A stretch of DNA of 32,000 nucleotides from Lachnospiraceae bacterium (GTDB lineage: Bacteria > Bacillota > Clostridia > Lachnospirales > Lachnospiraceae). The position numbers were made by a program, and so were the translations under genes. Under the pieces are notes generated by a model. That model did not search any database, was not told the origin of the DNA, and worked only from the letters and a program-made list of their open reading frames with translations. The stretch lies in NCBI GenBank assembly GCA_017615545.1, contig JAFZZY010000039.1, positions 1-32,000 on the forward strand, read 5' to 3'. This document shows, in pieces, positions 1 to 8,790 of the stretch; the stretch's first letter is position 1, and the number at the start of each line of letters is the position of its first letter.

Positions 1-2
1 TC

Positions 3-128
3 CGCAGTAACGATGTAATAGACAGAAGTGTTGCAAGAATCAACATGTATCAAATACTTGACACCATAAAAGTGGATACGGTCAATAAGAATGTTTGTGA
101 AATCGTGAGTGAAATACTGACGCTTTGA
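3..128 (+). CDS. possible 3' end of a gene truncated by the window edge (41 codons open to position 3)
   Basis: Frame 3 is open from the first base to TGA at 126-128 (..SVARINMYQILDTIKVDTVNKNVCEIVSEILTL*). No recognisable motif. Supported only by the open frame running into the edge. Confidence 0.3.
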   Translation, partial: RSNDVIDRSVARINMYQILDTIKVDTVNKNVCEIVSEILTL

Positions 129-209
129 TATCAACAACTTCCGGTTTGACGAGATCTTTATCCTTGAATTATATGTGCTAAGACAAATCGAAGTTTAGGA
201 GATCAAGCC

Positions 210-674
210 ATGTCAAAAGAAACCAGGCAAAAGAAGCAGCCCCGACTTCCTTCGGAATACACGGAAGGCATGTTCCATTTCAAGACAGGCTCAGGATGGA
301 GGGCCTGCTATGACAGTGATAGGGAGTTTTATTCTGCCGAAACCTTTTGGGCGGGTTACTACGATCTTTATGAGATCACGGAAGTAGTATTCAGCAAACT
401 GAAAACGAAAGGCATGGAAAGAAGAGAAGCCTACGAATTGATCGTCACCGGCAGGCATCTGTATAAAAGCGTTAGCGACCGCAATGGTTCATATGATATT
501 GCACTTGATGAAGACTATGCCTCTCTCTGCCCGTGGGCCGATGTACAAAAAACAGGGGAGACGTGGGATACGGAACTGACCGATCTGGCAGTAGCTGTTT
601 TTGATTCGGAAAAGCAGAACCGGGAGCAGAGACTGGCGAGAGACAAATCGGGGCTTATGGAGAAAATTGATTAA
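210..674 (+). CDS. hypothetical protein (154 aa)
   Basis: ORF preceded by AGGAG about 8 nt upstream of the ATG. Protein-like composition. Followed 3 nt later by the next gene. No motif recognised. Confidence 0.6.
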   Translation: MSKETRQKKQPRLPSEYTEGMFHFKTGSGWRACYDSDREFYSAETFWAGYYDLYEITEVVFSKLKTKGMERREAYELIVTGRHLYKSVSDRNGSYDIALDEDYASLCPWADVQKTGETWDTELTDLAVAVFDSEKQNREQRLARDKSGLMEKID

Positions 675-677
675 AAC

Positions 678-1121
678 ATGGAAAAAGGGAACATTACGAT
701 CCGTGAAGAACGGATATCGTCAGAAGAATATATTGATTTTTTGAAAAGAACCGATCTTGGTTCACAGTATCCTAAGGAAAGGTTTTACGAAAGAATTCCA
801 AAACTTGTAAGCAATGTATCGATCAGCCTGGTGGCGAGAAATGAAGAAGGCATTGCAGTCGGGGTGCTTTTTGGACTGACTGATTTCTGCTATTGGTTGT
901 ACGTTACCGACCTTGGAGTAGACAGAAACTATGAGAGACAAGGCATTGCTTCGAGATTGATGAAAACAGCTCATAAGCTTGCGGGGGGTGAAAAGGATAT
1001 AGCTGTATATCTGATAGCCAATGAGAATGCTGTACCTTTTTATAAAAAACTTGGAATGAAATATTCGGATGATGTAATGCAATACAACCATATTGAGTGG
1101 ACTGAATGGACGGTTGAGTAG
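678..1121 (+). CDS. GNAT family N-acetyltransferase
   Basis: 147 aa. The ..LYVTDLGVDRNYERQGIASRLMKTAHKLA.. segment resembles the GNAT motif-A acetyl-CoA loop, and FYKKLGM is a typical C-terminal GNAT motif. Confidence 0.8.
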   Translation: MEKGNITIREERISSEEYIDFLKRTDLGSQYPKERFYERIPKLVSNVSISLVARNEEGIAVGVLFGLTDFCYWLYVTDLGVDRNYERQGIASRLMKTAHKLAGGEKDIAVYLIANENAVPFYKKLGMKYSDDVMQYNHIEWTEWTVE

Positions 1122-1166
1122 ACAAATCAGGATTTACCGGAGCAAAATATTATCAAGGGTGGTGTT

Positions 1167-1622
1167 ATGGTTAAGTTCACATGGGTTAAGGGTTTAGTTC
1201 CTGAAAAACTACCTGTAAAACAGGTTTATGGAATTGCCTTTTCAGATGATGGTCGAGTCATTTTAAGGATCGAGGATGGTCAATACAAATTGACCGGAGG
1301 CAAACCTGAAAATGCTGAGACTTTTGAAGAAACGTTAAAGCGGGAATACATTGAAGAATTAAATGTTGAATTGGAAGATATTCATTATCTGGGTTATTTA
1401 TTTGTGGAGGATAACGCAGACAAGTATGCCCAGGTAAGAATGATAGCAAAGATAAAAAGCATTCATGATTGTCATGCTGATCCGGCTACGGGAAAGACTT
1501 ACGGGAGAGAGTTGGTACCTGAGGCTAAGCTTAAAGAATACCTAAACTATTCTGATTCGGCTGGAAATGAGATGATAGATGATGCGATGTCACTTGCAAA
1601 AGAACAAATAGCATTTAGATAG
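1167..1622 (+). CDS. NUDIX family hydrolase
   Basis: GGKPENAETFEETLKREYIEELNV fits the Nudix box Gx5Ex7REUxEExGU except for G->N at the penultimate position. RBS AGGGTGG lies upstream. Confidence 0.7.
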   Translation: MVKFTWVKGLVPEKLPVKQVYGIAFSDDGRVILRIEDGQYKLTGGKPENAETFEETLKREYIEELNVELEDIHYLGYLFVEDNADKYAQVRMIAKIKSIHDCHADPATGKTYGRELVPEAKLKEYLNYSDSAGNEMIDDAMSLAKEQIAFR

Positions 1623-1646
1623 ATTCCGGATTGTGGAGGTAGTGCA

Positions 1647-2027
1647 ATGTGGCCTTATCATGAGATTACAAGAGAAGAATTTGAAATAATCAAAGACCAT
1701 ATTGAGGAGATCATGATCGCTCATGGAGCCGAGGTTTTTGAAGTTGACTTACCGTATGAACAGGGCACCACAACAATTATTATTGGGAAGGAGCCGATTG
1801 AATGGACAAGTCATCGAAGAGTATTTAAATACCGCGATCTCTATTATTGGATCGATGAAGTATGCTATCCCCAAAAACCATTCATCGTTGCTGAAATTGG
1901 TACGTATGATGAACTGATGAAAAATACCATGGATGAATCCGAACCATTTCCCTACGATCTGACAGAACAAGAAATGGAGGATGAGGTTTCATACTTTTTA
2001 GGGGAGAAACCCTATCCGGAAACATAG
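1647..2027 (+). CDS. hypothetical acidic protein (126 aa)
   Basis: GGAGG RBS 7 nt upstream of the ATG. The ORF ends just before an intrinsic terminator. No motif recognised. Confidence 0.6.
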   Translation: MWPYHEITREEFEIIKDHIEEIMIAHGAEVFEVDLPYEQGTTTIIIGKEPIEWTSHRRVFKYRDLYYWIDEVCYPQKPFIVAEIGTYDELMKNTMDESEPFPYDLTEQEMEDEVSYFLGEKPYPET

Positions 2028-2044
2028 CAGACACGACTGAAGAT

Positions 2045-2072
2045 AAAAAAGCCCCTTTGGGGGCTTTTTCTT
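2045..2072 (+). terminator. rho-independent terminator of the 210-2027 gene set
   Basis: AAAAAAGCCCC-TTTG-GGGGCTTTTTC: GC stem 2051-2064 followed by a T-run. Confidence 0.75.
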
Positions 2073-2195
2073 TGCTTTAATATATGCGATGTCTTTCGTG
2101 TGAAATATGACTAGGATGCATGGAAAGCCTCGATTTAGGCATGAAAAGGGTGCTATCTGGGCATGCTCGGGACGCCGCCCGCCCTGGCCCTTTCC

Positions 2196-2225
2196 TTGAC
2201 AATTTCATAATAAACATGGTATAGT
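2196..2225 (+). promoter_or_regulatory. sigma-A type promoter for the 2273 operon
   Basis: TTGACA (2196-2201), 18-nt spacer, TATAGT (2220-2225), with an extended -10 TG at 2217-2218. Confidence 0.5.
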
Positions 2226-2272
2226 AGGGATTGAATTATTATTCTAGGGATGAGGATAATAAAGGGGAGTAA

Positions 2273-3844
2273 ATGATCAAGTTTACGGTTTTATGGATCG
2301 TTTGTGTTTTATTAAGTTTCGCAGGTTTTGCGCTTAAAGAGCGCTACAGTCCGGCGAGAAAATTGGGGAACCTGTTTCTGACGTTGCTTTTGCTGGGTGC
2401 TTTGGGGGCTCAGCTGGCGGCGATCTATCAAACAGCCTTGCGGTCGTCGTTTTTCGCGATGTTCGCCGTGATGGGCTTTGACTATTATTGGTTCTACTTT
2501 ACGCCGTTTTACCCCAACAGTGATCCGGCGGGAAATGGTATGGCGCGGGCTTTTCGCTCGATCGTTATAACGATGGGGGCTCTGGTTCTGGGCTTGGTAT
2601 CTTTCCTGCTCATCAAGTTTTTTGTGGCCGGCGAAACGCGGGTCGGCCTGTATCTCGTTTTGTTTGTTGCGGGGTGGATCGGCCTGTACAATATTTGGGC
2701 GAACCGGGACTCGTTCCTGTCCGGAAGTTCTCTGGATTCGGCTGCGCGATGGGTGCGTTTGAATGTGGATGATTTCCGAAAGTCAATGATCCGGGAGAGC
2801 ATGCTTGAGAAAGGTGACTCTTGGGAAGCGAAGGAATTAGACGCGAACCCGCAAGAACTAGAGCATTTTGATGTTTATGGGTGCAAGAGCGTCAACATAA
2901 GGACGTGGGGACTGCTTCCGTGCTCGCTGATAGAGGGAAAGTTCGAATTCCCGGATCGGACGGCGAAGGTGCGCCGCAGCGGTTATTACGCCGGCTGCCT
3001 CGGCTATACGAGCGAGGGCGATGCAAATGACAGGACCGTCTATATGCCGAATTCGATGACATTGGCCTGGTACGATGCATCGGAGGATAAGACCTACAAG
3101 ATCCAAACGGACCTGCCGAAGGAACTGGACCGCTATTTTGAGGATACGGACCGCTTCTGGCTGGATGATATCGAGTTTCGCATTCTGCCGTGGGGCAGAG
3201 TCTGGATGTATCACAACCGTATAAATCAGATACACAATATCATGATCGACTATCCGCTGGTGGGTGAGGAGACGGACGAATATGGTGAGAGAAACGATGA
3301 CCTTACTGCACTGAAGGGGGTAAAGGTTCCCTCGGCGGACACCATCAGCGACTACCATAAACGCTTCAAGTATACGATCATATTTCGCTCGGACGACGCC
3401 CGGTTTAAGATCACTAAGACCATTTGTAACTTCTTCAATGGGGAGAAGATCTTATCGGACGGCGAGTGGAAGGAAGACATGGACCCGGCGCGATTAAAGG
3501 ATGTTTTCCTGCGGTTCGAGGATGAGAAGTCCGGGCATGCCGCCTTCATTTATTTCGATGAAGAGGAAGTCCTGAAGGCATTCCGGGAGGCATTTGCCGA
3601 AGAGGATAACTCTGCGGCGGGCGAGTTCGTCATCACCTGCGGAGACACACTAGGTGCATTTTCGTTTGTATTAGCTGTGGGCGACAGGACCGTTCGGTTG
3701 GAGAAGACCGAGATTCGGCTTTACAAGGTCAATGCAGACGAGAGAGGGAAGTTGGTATTTAAAAATTATAAAGGCAACCACAAGAACCGGTCCTTCGGAC
3801 TTGAGATCAAGTTGCCGGAAAAACATGGGGAGGAAACCATATGA
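2273..3844 (+). CDS. polytopic membrane protein with large C-terminal soluble domain, unknown function
   Basis: 523 aa. About 5 hydrophobic helices in the first ~150 aa, then a ~370-aa hydrophilic domain. RBS AGGGGAG. Its stop overlaps the next start (ATGA at 3841-3844). Confidence 0.8.
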   Translation: MIKFTVLWIVCVLLSFAGFALKERYSPARKLGNLFLTLLLLGALGAQLAAIYQTALRSSFFAMFAVMGFDYYWFYFTPFYPNSDPAGNGMARAFRSIVITMGALVLGLVSFLLIKFFVAGETRVGLYLVLFVAGWIGLYNIWANRDSFLSGSSLDSAARWVRLNVDDFRKSMIRESMLEKGDSWEAKELDANPQELEHFDVYGCKSVNIRTWGLLPCSLIEGKFEFPDRTAKVRRSGYYAGCLGYTSEGDANDRTVYMPNSMTLAWYDASEDKTYKIQTDLPKELDRYFEDTDRFWLDDIEFRILPWGRVWMYHNRINQIHNIMIDYPLVGEETDEYGERNDDLTALKGVKVPSADTISDYHKRFKYTIIFRSDDARFKITKTICNFFNGEKILSDGEWKEDMDPARLKDVFLRFEDEKSGHAAFIYFDEEEVLKAFREAFAEEDNSAAGEFVITCGDTLGAFSFVLAVGDRTVRLEKTEIRLYKVNADERGKLVFKNYKGNHKNRSFGLEIKLPEKHGEETI

Positions 3845-4635
3845 GAAGAGTAACAAAACGTATTTCTATGATCGTTATGGCACTGATGCTGATGTTCGCC
3901 ATGGTCGCATGCGTGGGTAAAAACAGCGAAGACGAGACGAAGGGCAGCACGGACACGAAGGCTGGCAATGTCTCAAAAACGCAAGCGGCAAACCAGACGG
4001 GCATAATGGGCGCAACAGGGGATCTTATCGATAAACCGGGAGCAGCGTCTCTCGAGGAATTGGTTAATAGGGTCATAGATGCGATCAACGACGGCGGCGA
4101 TTTTTCGCAGTTGAAGGATATGACGATCCTGTATCCGATGATCATCGGATTGGGCGGATATGAGGATAATTTCTTTCGAGGTTATTTCAAATCCGGTTCT
4201 ACCGGCGATTATTCGCTCCTACTGGAATACCTTGCTGTGATCAATGATCTGGAAATGGGACTCGATCATATAAAGGAGAACTATCCGAGTTTTACGGCCA
4301 GATGGGGAAAAGAGTTCCTCAACGCGTTTGACGAAGAAGACAGGGAGTTCTTTTTGCGCTGGAAGAATATAATCGACAATAATGTTCCGCTGGATGAGAT
4401 CTATATAAAAAAGATGTATTCCGCTATCGAGTATAACGGGGAAGAATACGGCGTGCGTGAGATAATGGGCCTCGTTTTCCACGATTATTATGAGAACTAT
4501 GCCCCGATCAAATTCGATCAGGATGTCTATGAGGTGAAGTTCGACGGTTATGATCACATCGTATTGAGAGTTGGAAATCGGACGATCTCGTTCCCATACC
4601 TTGTGTATAATGACATGTATTACCTTTGGGATTGA
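3841..4635 (+). CDS. putative lipoprotein, unknown function
   Basis: N-terminus MRRVTKRISMIVMALMLMFAMVAC|VGKNSEDE has a basic n-region, a hydrophobic core and a lipobox-like MVAC. Translationally coupled to the upstream gene. Confidence 0.8.
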   Translation: MRRVTKRISMIVMALMLMFAMVACVGKNSEDETKGSTDTKAGNVSKTQAANQTGIMGATGDLIDKPGAASLEELVNRVIDAINDGGDFSQLKDMTILYPMIIGLGGYEDNFFRGYFKSGSTGDYSLLLEYLAVINDLEMGLDHIKENYPSFTARWGKEFLNAFDEEDREFFLRWKNIIDNNVPLDEIYIKKMYSAIEYNGEEYGVREIMGLVFHDYYENYAPIKFDQDVYEVKFDGYDHIVLRVGNRTISFPYLVYNDMYYLWD

Positions 4636-4711
4636 ACATGGGTCAAGAGAAGAATTTGCCGACGCGTTTCGAGTACATGTTGAAGGGCTGAAGAAAACAA
4701 GAGGTAATAGG

Positions 4712-5224
4712 ATGCAGATCGGAAAGAAGATCCTGGTGTTGGGGTGTTCCGGCAGCGGGAAGAGTACATTGTCCAGAAAACTTCAGGAGATCACGGGCTT
4801 GCCGCTAGTCCATCTGGACATGGTCTTTTGGAGGCCGGACCATACGCACGTCTCCGCCGAAGAGTTTGATGAGAAGTTGGCGGAGATCCTGCAGGGCGAT
4901 GGGTGGATCCTGGACGGCGACTACAGTCGGACGTACGAAGTGAGGATCCGGGCCTGCGATACCGTGATCTTTCTGGATTACGGCCTGGAGCAGTGCATGA
5001 AGGGCCTCAACGACCGGCTCGGGAAGGTGCGCACGGACATGGCGTGGAGTGACCGGACGCTGGATCCGGAACTGGTGAAATATGTTGAACAATACGCCGC
5101 GAACAATCGGCCGACGATCCTGGCCTTGCTGGAGAAATATGCCGACAAGACCACGTTTGTTTTCAAAACGCGCGCGGAGGCTGCGGCGTGGCTTAACGAT
5201 CTGGAAGAGGAAAGCAAAAGATGA
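4712..5224 (+). CDS. P-loop NTPase, topology-modulation (FlaR)/adenylate-kinase-like family
   Basis: Start moved to the ATG at 4712 (RBS AGAGG upstream). MQIGKKILVLGCSGSGKSTLSRKL is a Walker A motif right at the N-terminus, as in FlaR-like kinases. ..WILDGDY.. and DTVIFLD match the family layout from memory. Confidence 0.75.
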   Translation: MQIGKKILVLGCSGSGKSTLSRKLQEITGLPLVHLDMVFWRPDHTHVSAEEFDEKLAEILQGDGWILDGDYSRTYEVRIRACDTVIFLDYGLEQCMKGLNDRLGKVRTDMAWSDRTLDPELVKYVEQYAANNRPTILALLEKYADKTTFVFKTRAEAAAWLNDLEEESKR

Positions 5225-5781
5225 TCTTATATCATTACTATGAGAAGAGCCGCGGGCCGTTTAAGAGTATTTCGGACCTGTCGGACGAGGAGGCGGAAGA
5301 GGTTCTGCGGCGGATCCGGACAGAGAAACCGGACATCTTTCTGGCGAGGCGCCCGGAGGATTATCTGGCGAAGCGGCGGCGCTTTGAGGGCATCCTGCGG
5401 AATGAATTCATAAAGATGGGTGGTCGGCCCGAGCGGCAGACACCGCATTATATGGTCGTGGAAGCCTGCCCGTTTTTTGAGAAGTGGTATGAACACACTG
5501 CATGGGTCTCGGTGGACGCGAGCGAGCTGGATCTGAGCATGCTTTCGTTCACGTACGGTGACTCCCACCCGACCTTCAGCGGAAACGTGAAGGACGGCAA
5601 GGAATACCGGAACCGCCTCTACAACTACGAGGAGATCGTGAAGATCATCGAGAAGTACGGGCTGCCGCAAGTGTGGAATCCGGACTTCAAATACGGGCCG
5701 GAGTGCTATGTCGAGGTCCAGGTCTGGACCGACCGCGGGCTGGAGAAGATGATCCCCGGTCACGACTCGGACCATGAGTAA
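5221..5781 (+). CDS. hypothetical protein (186 aa)
   Basis: ATGA overlap with the kinase gene stop. Balanced protein-like composition, unlike its mirror ORF on the - strand. Confidence 0.65.
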   Translation: MILYHYYEKSRGPFKSISDLSDEEAEEVLRRIRTEKPDIFLARRPEDYLAKRRRFEGILRNEFIKMGGRPERQTPHYMVVEACPFFEKWYEHTAWVSVDASELDLSMLSFTYGDSHPTFSGNVKDGKEYRNRLYNYEEIVKIIEKYGLPQVWNPDFKYGPECYVEVQVWTDRGLEKMIPGHDSDHE

Positions 5782-5801
5782 ACGACGAGAGAGGTTATAC
5801 A

Positions 5802-7016
5802 TTGACCACGATAACGAAACAACAGGCCAGGCAGTTTATACTGGCGAAACAGGGGCTGATCGGGGCGTACCGGTTTGCGGGCAAGGACGGAGCGTACGAG
5901 TATGTGCGTCAGGCCGGATGCATTCAGTACGACCCGGTCGATGTTTGTGGAAAGAACGCGGAGCTTACGCTGCAGTCCCGCGTCAAAGGCTTCCGAAAGC
6001 CCATGCTGCAGGAACTCCTGTATAAGGACCGGAAGCTGGTAGACTACCCCGATAAAGAACTATCGATATGGCCGGCCGAGGATTGGCCGTATTTTTCTTC
6101 GTATAGGGAGCGGAGCCGAAGCCTGGGCGAGACGTTTGCCGGGCTGGAAGGGCTTCAGGAGCAGGCACGCGCGTACATCGCGGAGCATGGCCCGGTCTGC
6201 AGCGACACGCTGCCGATCGAGGGCGAGATCTTTTGGCATTCTTCGATGCATTGGAGCGGCAACTGGGACCGCCCGTCACCGGCGGCGCGGTCGGTGCTGG
6301 AGCAGCTTTACACGGACGGCGAGCTGGTCATCCACCATAAGCAGGGCAGCCGGAAGTATTACGACCTGGCGGCAAAACATCTGCCGGCGGATGTCCTGGC
6401 GGCGGCGAACCCGTGCGCGGATGAGGAGAGTTTCCAGACGTGGCGCGTGCTGCGCAGGATCGGCGCGGTCGGCCTGCTGTGGGATAAAAACAGTACCGCT
6501 TTCCTAGGGCTTTATATCAATGCCGAGACGCGCAGGAGGATCCTGGCGAGTTTGACAGAGGCCGGGAAGATCTGCGCGGTGATGGTGGAAGGCTTCAAGA
6601 TGCCGTTTTATTATCGCTCGGAGGATGCGCCCCTGATGCAGGCGGTCATGGACGGCACGGCAGATTTGAAACCAAGGATGGCATTGATCGCGCCCTTAGA
6701 TCCTCTGATGTGGGATAAGGCGTTTATCCAGGCGCTTTGGGACTTCACCTATGCATGGGAGATCTACACACCCGTAATGAAGCGGAAGTACGGATATTAC
6801 ACGCTGCCGATCCTCTTCGGCGACCGTTTCGTCGGGCGTGTGGACACCGTGGCGGACCGCAAGGAACGCATTCTCCGCGTGAAAGGACTCTGGTGGGAGG
6901 ACGACATTCGACCGACGAAGAAACTGGAGGCCGCGCTGGAGCGGACGCTAAAAGAGTTTTGCAAGTTTAATGAATGCACAGAAGTGCGACGAAAGGAAGA
7001 TACTACTGCGACCTGA
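5802..7016 (+). CDS. winged-helix DNA glycosylase, YcaQ/AlkZ (DUF1006) family
   Basis: TTG start with a GAGAGAGG RBS. The N-terminus ..QQARQFILAKQGL.. and the C-terminal block APLDPLMWDKAFIQALWDFTYAWEIYTPVMKRKYGYYTLPILFGDRFVGRVD align by eye with my recollection of E. coli YcaQ (SPFDPVVWDR...FDFSYRLECYTPAPKRQYGYFVLPLL..G.LVGRMD). Confidence 0.8.
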   Translation: MTTITKQQARQFILAKQGLIGAYRFAGKDGAYEYVRQAGCIQYDPVDVCGKNAELTLQSRVKGFRKPMLQELLYKDRKLVDYPDKELSIWPAEDWPYFSSYRERSRSLGETFAGLEGLQEQARAYIAEHGPVCSDTLPIEGEIFWHSSMHWSGNWDRPSPAARSVLEQLYTDGELVIHHKQGSRKYYDLAAKHLPADVLAAANPCADEESFQTWRVLRRIGAVGLLWDKNSTAFLGLYINAETRRRILASLTEAGKICAVMVEGFKMPFYYRSEDAPLMQAVMDGTADLKPRMALIAPLDPLMWDKAFIQALWDFTYAWEIYTPVMKRKYGYYTLPILFGDRFVGRVDTVADRKERILRVKGLWWEDDIRPTKKLEAALERTLKEFCKFNECTEVRRKEDTTAT

Positions 7017-7117
7017 AGACGGAAAGCTTCGAGGTTTGAGGGTTCTATATGGACATCGGGAGATATCCCTGATATACTATATAGGGGGTGGATCATAAGG
7101 TATGGAGGATGTAGTAG

Positions 7118-7864
7118 ATGAATATCAAATCGATCCAATGTCCGTCCTGCGGCGGTAACCTGAATGTCGAAAACATCAACCAGTCGTTGTTCTATTGCCA
7201 GTACTGCGGTGCAGCGGTACAGCTGGAAACGAACCGAAATAAAGGTTACGACCTGGAGCACGGTCGACTGGATGCCCGTGCCGAGATGGCGGATACGATC
7301 CTTCAGAGGATCGAAAAGATCAAACCCGAACTGATCCGTAACGGAAATGCGGACCATGACATAAAGAACCTGCCTGGTGTTATCGGTGAATACAAAGCAG
7401 ATCTGAGTGAAAACCGGATCTACGGGACGAAGGATATGGTCATAAGGGGCTTTTTCAAGGGCCTGGGCATGCTGTTTATCGGCGCTTTTTTCGTAGTTGC
7501 ACTGAACAAAACGCTGCCGACGCCGCTCCATACTTTGCTCATGATTCTCGTCGGATTTGCGCCGATCTATATCCCGGCCATCGGCGTTTTCATTGTGACC
7601 AGGAGAAGTGCCGAGATCAAGTGGCAGATCGCACGTACGGAGGAACGGCTCGCGCAGGCGCGCAGGGATTACGCCGAGTCGGAAGCGTATCTGGCGCAAA
7701 ACGCCGAGGTCGAGATCCCGCCGCGTTTCCGCACAGAGCAGGCGCTCAACTATATGATCCGTGGCTTGAAGGCTAGGGAGTTCATTTCTCTGGATCAGGC
7801 GATCTTCCGCTGCGAGGAGGCCATGGCGCGAAACGAGGTCCCGGACCTCTACCGCCCGTTCTGA
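7118..7864 (+). CDS. zinc-ribbon membrane protein, unknown function
   Basis: N-terminal CPSCGG..x17..CQYCGA is a CxxC..CxxC zinc ribbon. Two central hydrophobic helices and a charged, helical C-terminus. GGAGGA RBS. Confidence 0.7.
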   Translation: MNIKSIQCPSCGGNLNVENINQSLFYCQYCGAAVQLETNRNKGYDLEHGRLDARAEMADTILQRIEKIKPELIRNGNADHDIKNLPGVIGEYKADLSENRIYGTKDMVIRGFFKGLGMLFIGAFFVVALNKTLPTPLHTLLMILVGFAPIYIPAIGVFIVTRRSAEIKWQIARTEERLAQARRDYAESEAYLAQNAEVEIPPRFRTEQALNYMIRGLKAREFISLDQAIFRCEEAMARNEVPDLYRPF

Positions 7865-7876
7865 TCGTGATATAGG

Positions 7877-7908
7877 GCTTCCCGACATGTTGTCGGGGAG
7901 CTTTTTTC
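7877..7908 (+). terminator. rho-independent terminator
   Basis: GCTTCCCGACA-TGT-TGTCGGGGAGC followed by TTTTTT. Confidence 0.7.
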
Positions 7909-7974
7909 GTTCGAGTTTTTGCGGAAAATGTGGTATGATAGATGGGTATTTATATTCCGAAAAGGAGAGAGAAA

Positions 7975-8709
7975 ATGTCAACATCAATTCAAGACTACAG
8001 AAAAATGGTCGATCAGCCGTGGGGCACCATGTTCTACGAGCAGATCTTTCGGCAGTTGGTGCTGCCCAATGATAAAAAATTGAAGATCCTGGATTTCGGC
8101 GCGGGCTTCGGCCTGACGGCGGAGCACTACGCGGAGTATCATGATGTGATCGCGCTGGAGCCGAACGAGGAAATGCGCTCCCTGCGCGTGCAGACCCGCG
8201 ATTACACGCTGATCCCGCAGGGCATCGAGTATTTGAAAACGATGGAAGAAAACTCCATGGATGTGGTCATTTGCCATAATGTGATGGAGTACACGGAGAA
8301 TAAAGAGGAGATTGTGAAGGAACTGGCCCGCGTGCTGAAGCCCGGCGGGATCCTGTCGATCGTAAAGCATAATCTGCTGGGCAGAGTCATGGGAAGCGCT
8401 GTGTTGGCGAATGATCCCGGGGCGGCGCTGGCGCTGTTGCGCGATGATTCGGAAAACAGCTTGTTCGGACACCGGAGCGTGTACAGTAACGAGTCGCTCG
8501 TCGAAGCATTGGCCGGGGAGATGGAATTGACCGCGATATACGGGATCCGGACGTTTTTCGGCCTGTCCTCCAACAACGAGATCAAATACACGGCGGAGTG
8601 GTACGGCCCCATGCTGGAGTTGGAAACGAAGGCCGCCGAGATGGAAGAGTATAAAAAGGTCGCGTTCTTCAATCATCTGATCTTTACGAAGAAAGCAAAT
8701 GCTTTTTAG
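7975..8709 (+). CDS. class I SAM-dependent methyltransferase
   Basis: Start placed at the ATG at 7975, behind AAAGGAGAGAG. Motif I is KILDFGAGFGLTAE. LKPGGILSIV is a typical post-II motif. Confidence 0.8.
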   Translation: MSTSIQDYRKMVDQPWGTMFYEQIFRQLVLPNDKKLKILDFGAGFGLTAEHYAEYHDVIALEPNEEMRSLRVQTRDYTLIPQGIEYLKTMEENSMDVVICHNVMEYTENKEEIVKELARVLKPGGILSIVKHNLLGRVMGSAVLANDPGAALALLRDDSENSLFGHRSVYSNESLVEALAGEMELTAIYGIRTFFGLSSNNEIKYTAEWYGPMLELETKAAEMEEYKKVAFFNHLIFTKKANAF

Positions 8710-8711
8710 TG

Positions 8712-8740
8712 TTGAAAAGCACGAACGGAGCATATATAAT
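8712..8740 (+). promoter_or_regulatory. sigma-A promoter for the MetRS-family gene
   Basis: TTGAAA (8712-8717), 17 nt, TATAAT (8735-8740). Confidence 0.6.
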
Positions 8741-8790
8741 AGTAACATGGGTTTTGTGCCCTGCGATCAAAGGAAAGGAATCCTAAGAGT

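Noticed and set aside
2100-2195. A GC-rich patch (GGGACGCCGCCCGCCCTGGCCC) and repeated GCATG(G/A)AAAG words in an otherwise AT-rich spacer, plus a 30-codon ORF from the ATG at 2108.
   Set aside because: It has no RBS, no clear secondary structure and no repeat partner elsewhere in the window. It may be a decayed remnant, and there is not enough evidence to call a feature.
4571-4711. The N-terminal 47-aa extension of the kinase ORF, starting at 4571 in the track.
   Set aside because: It would overlap the lipoprotein gene by 65 nt. The Walker A motif sits at the extreme N-terminus in this family. The ATG at 4712 has an RBS.
5227-5802. A 191-aa - strand ORF that almost exactly mirrors the 5221-5781 + ORF. 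Either strand could be coding.
   Set aside because: The + strand product has balanced composition and is translationally coupled (ATGA) to the upstream kinase gene. The - strand product has the typical antisense L/R/V/D/H bias and no RBS.
8710-8790. A possible T-box leader upstream of the MetRS-family gene.
   Set aside because: Only about 50 nt lie between the predicted -10 and the ATG. That is far too short for a T-box, and there is no terminator/antiterminator pair.
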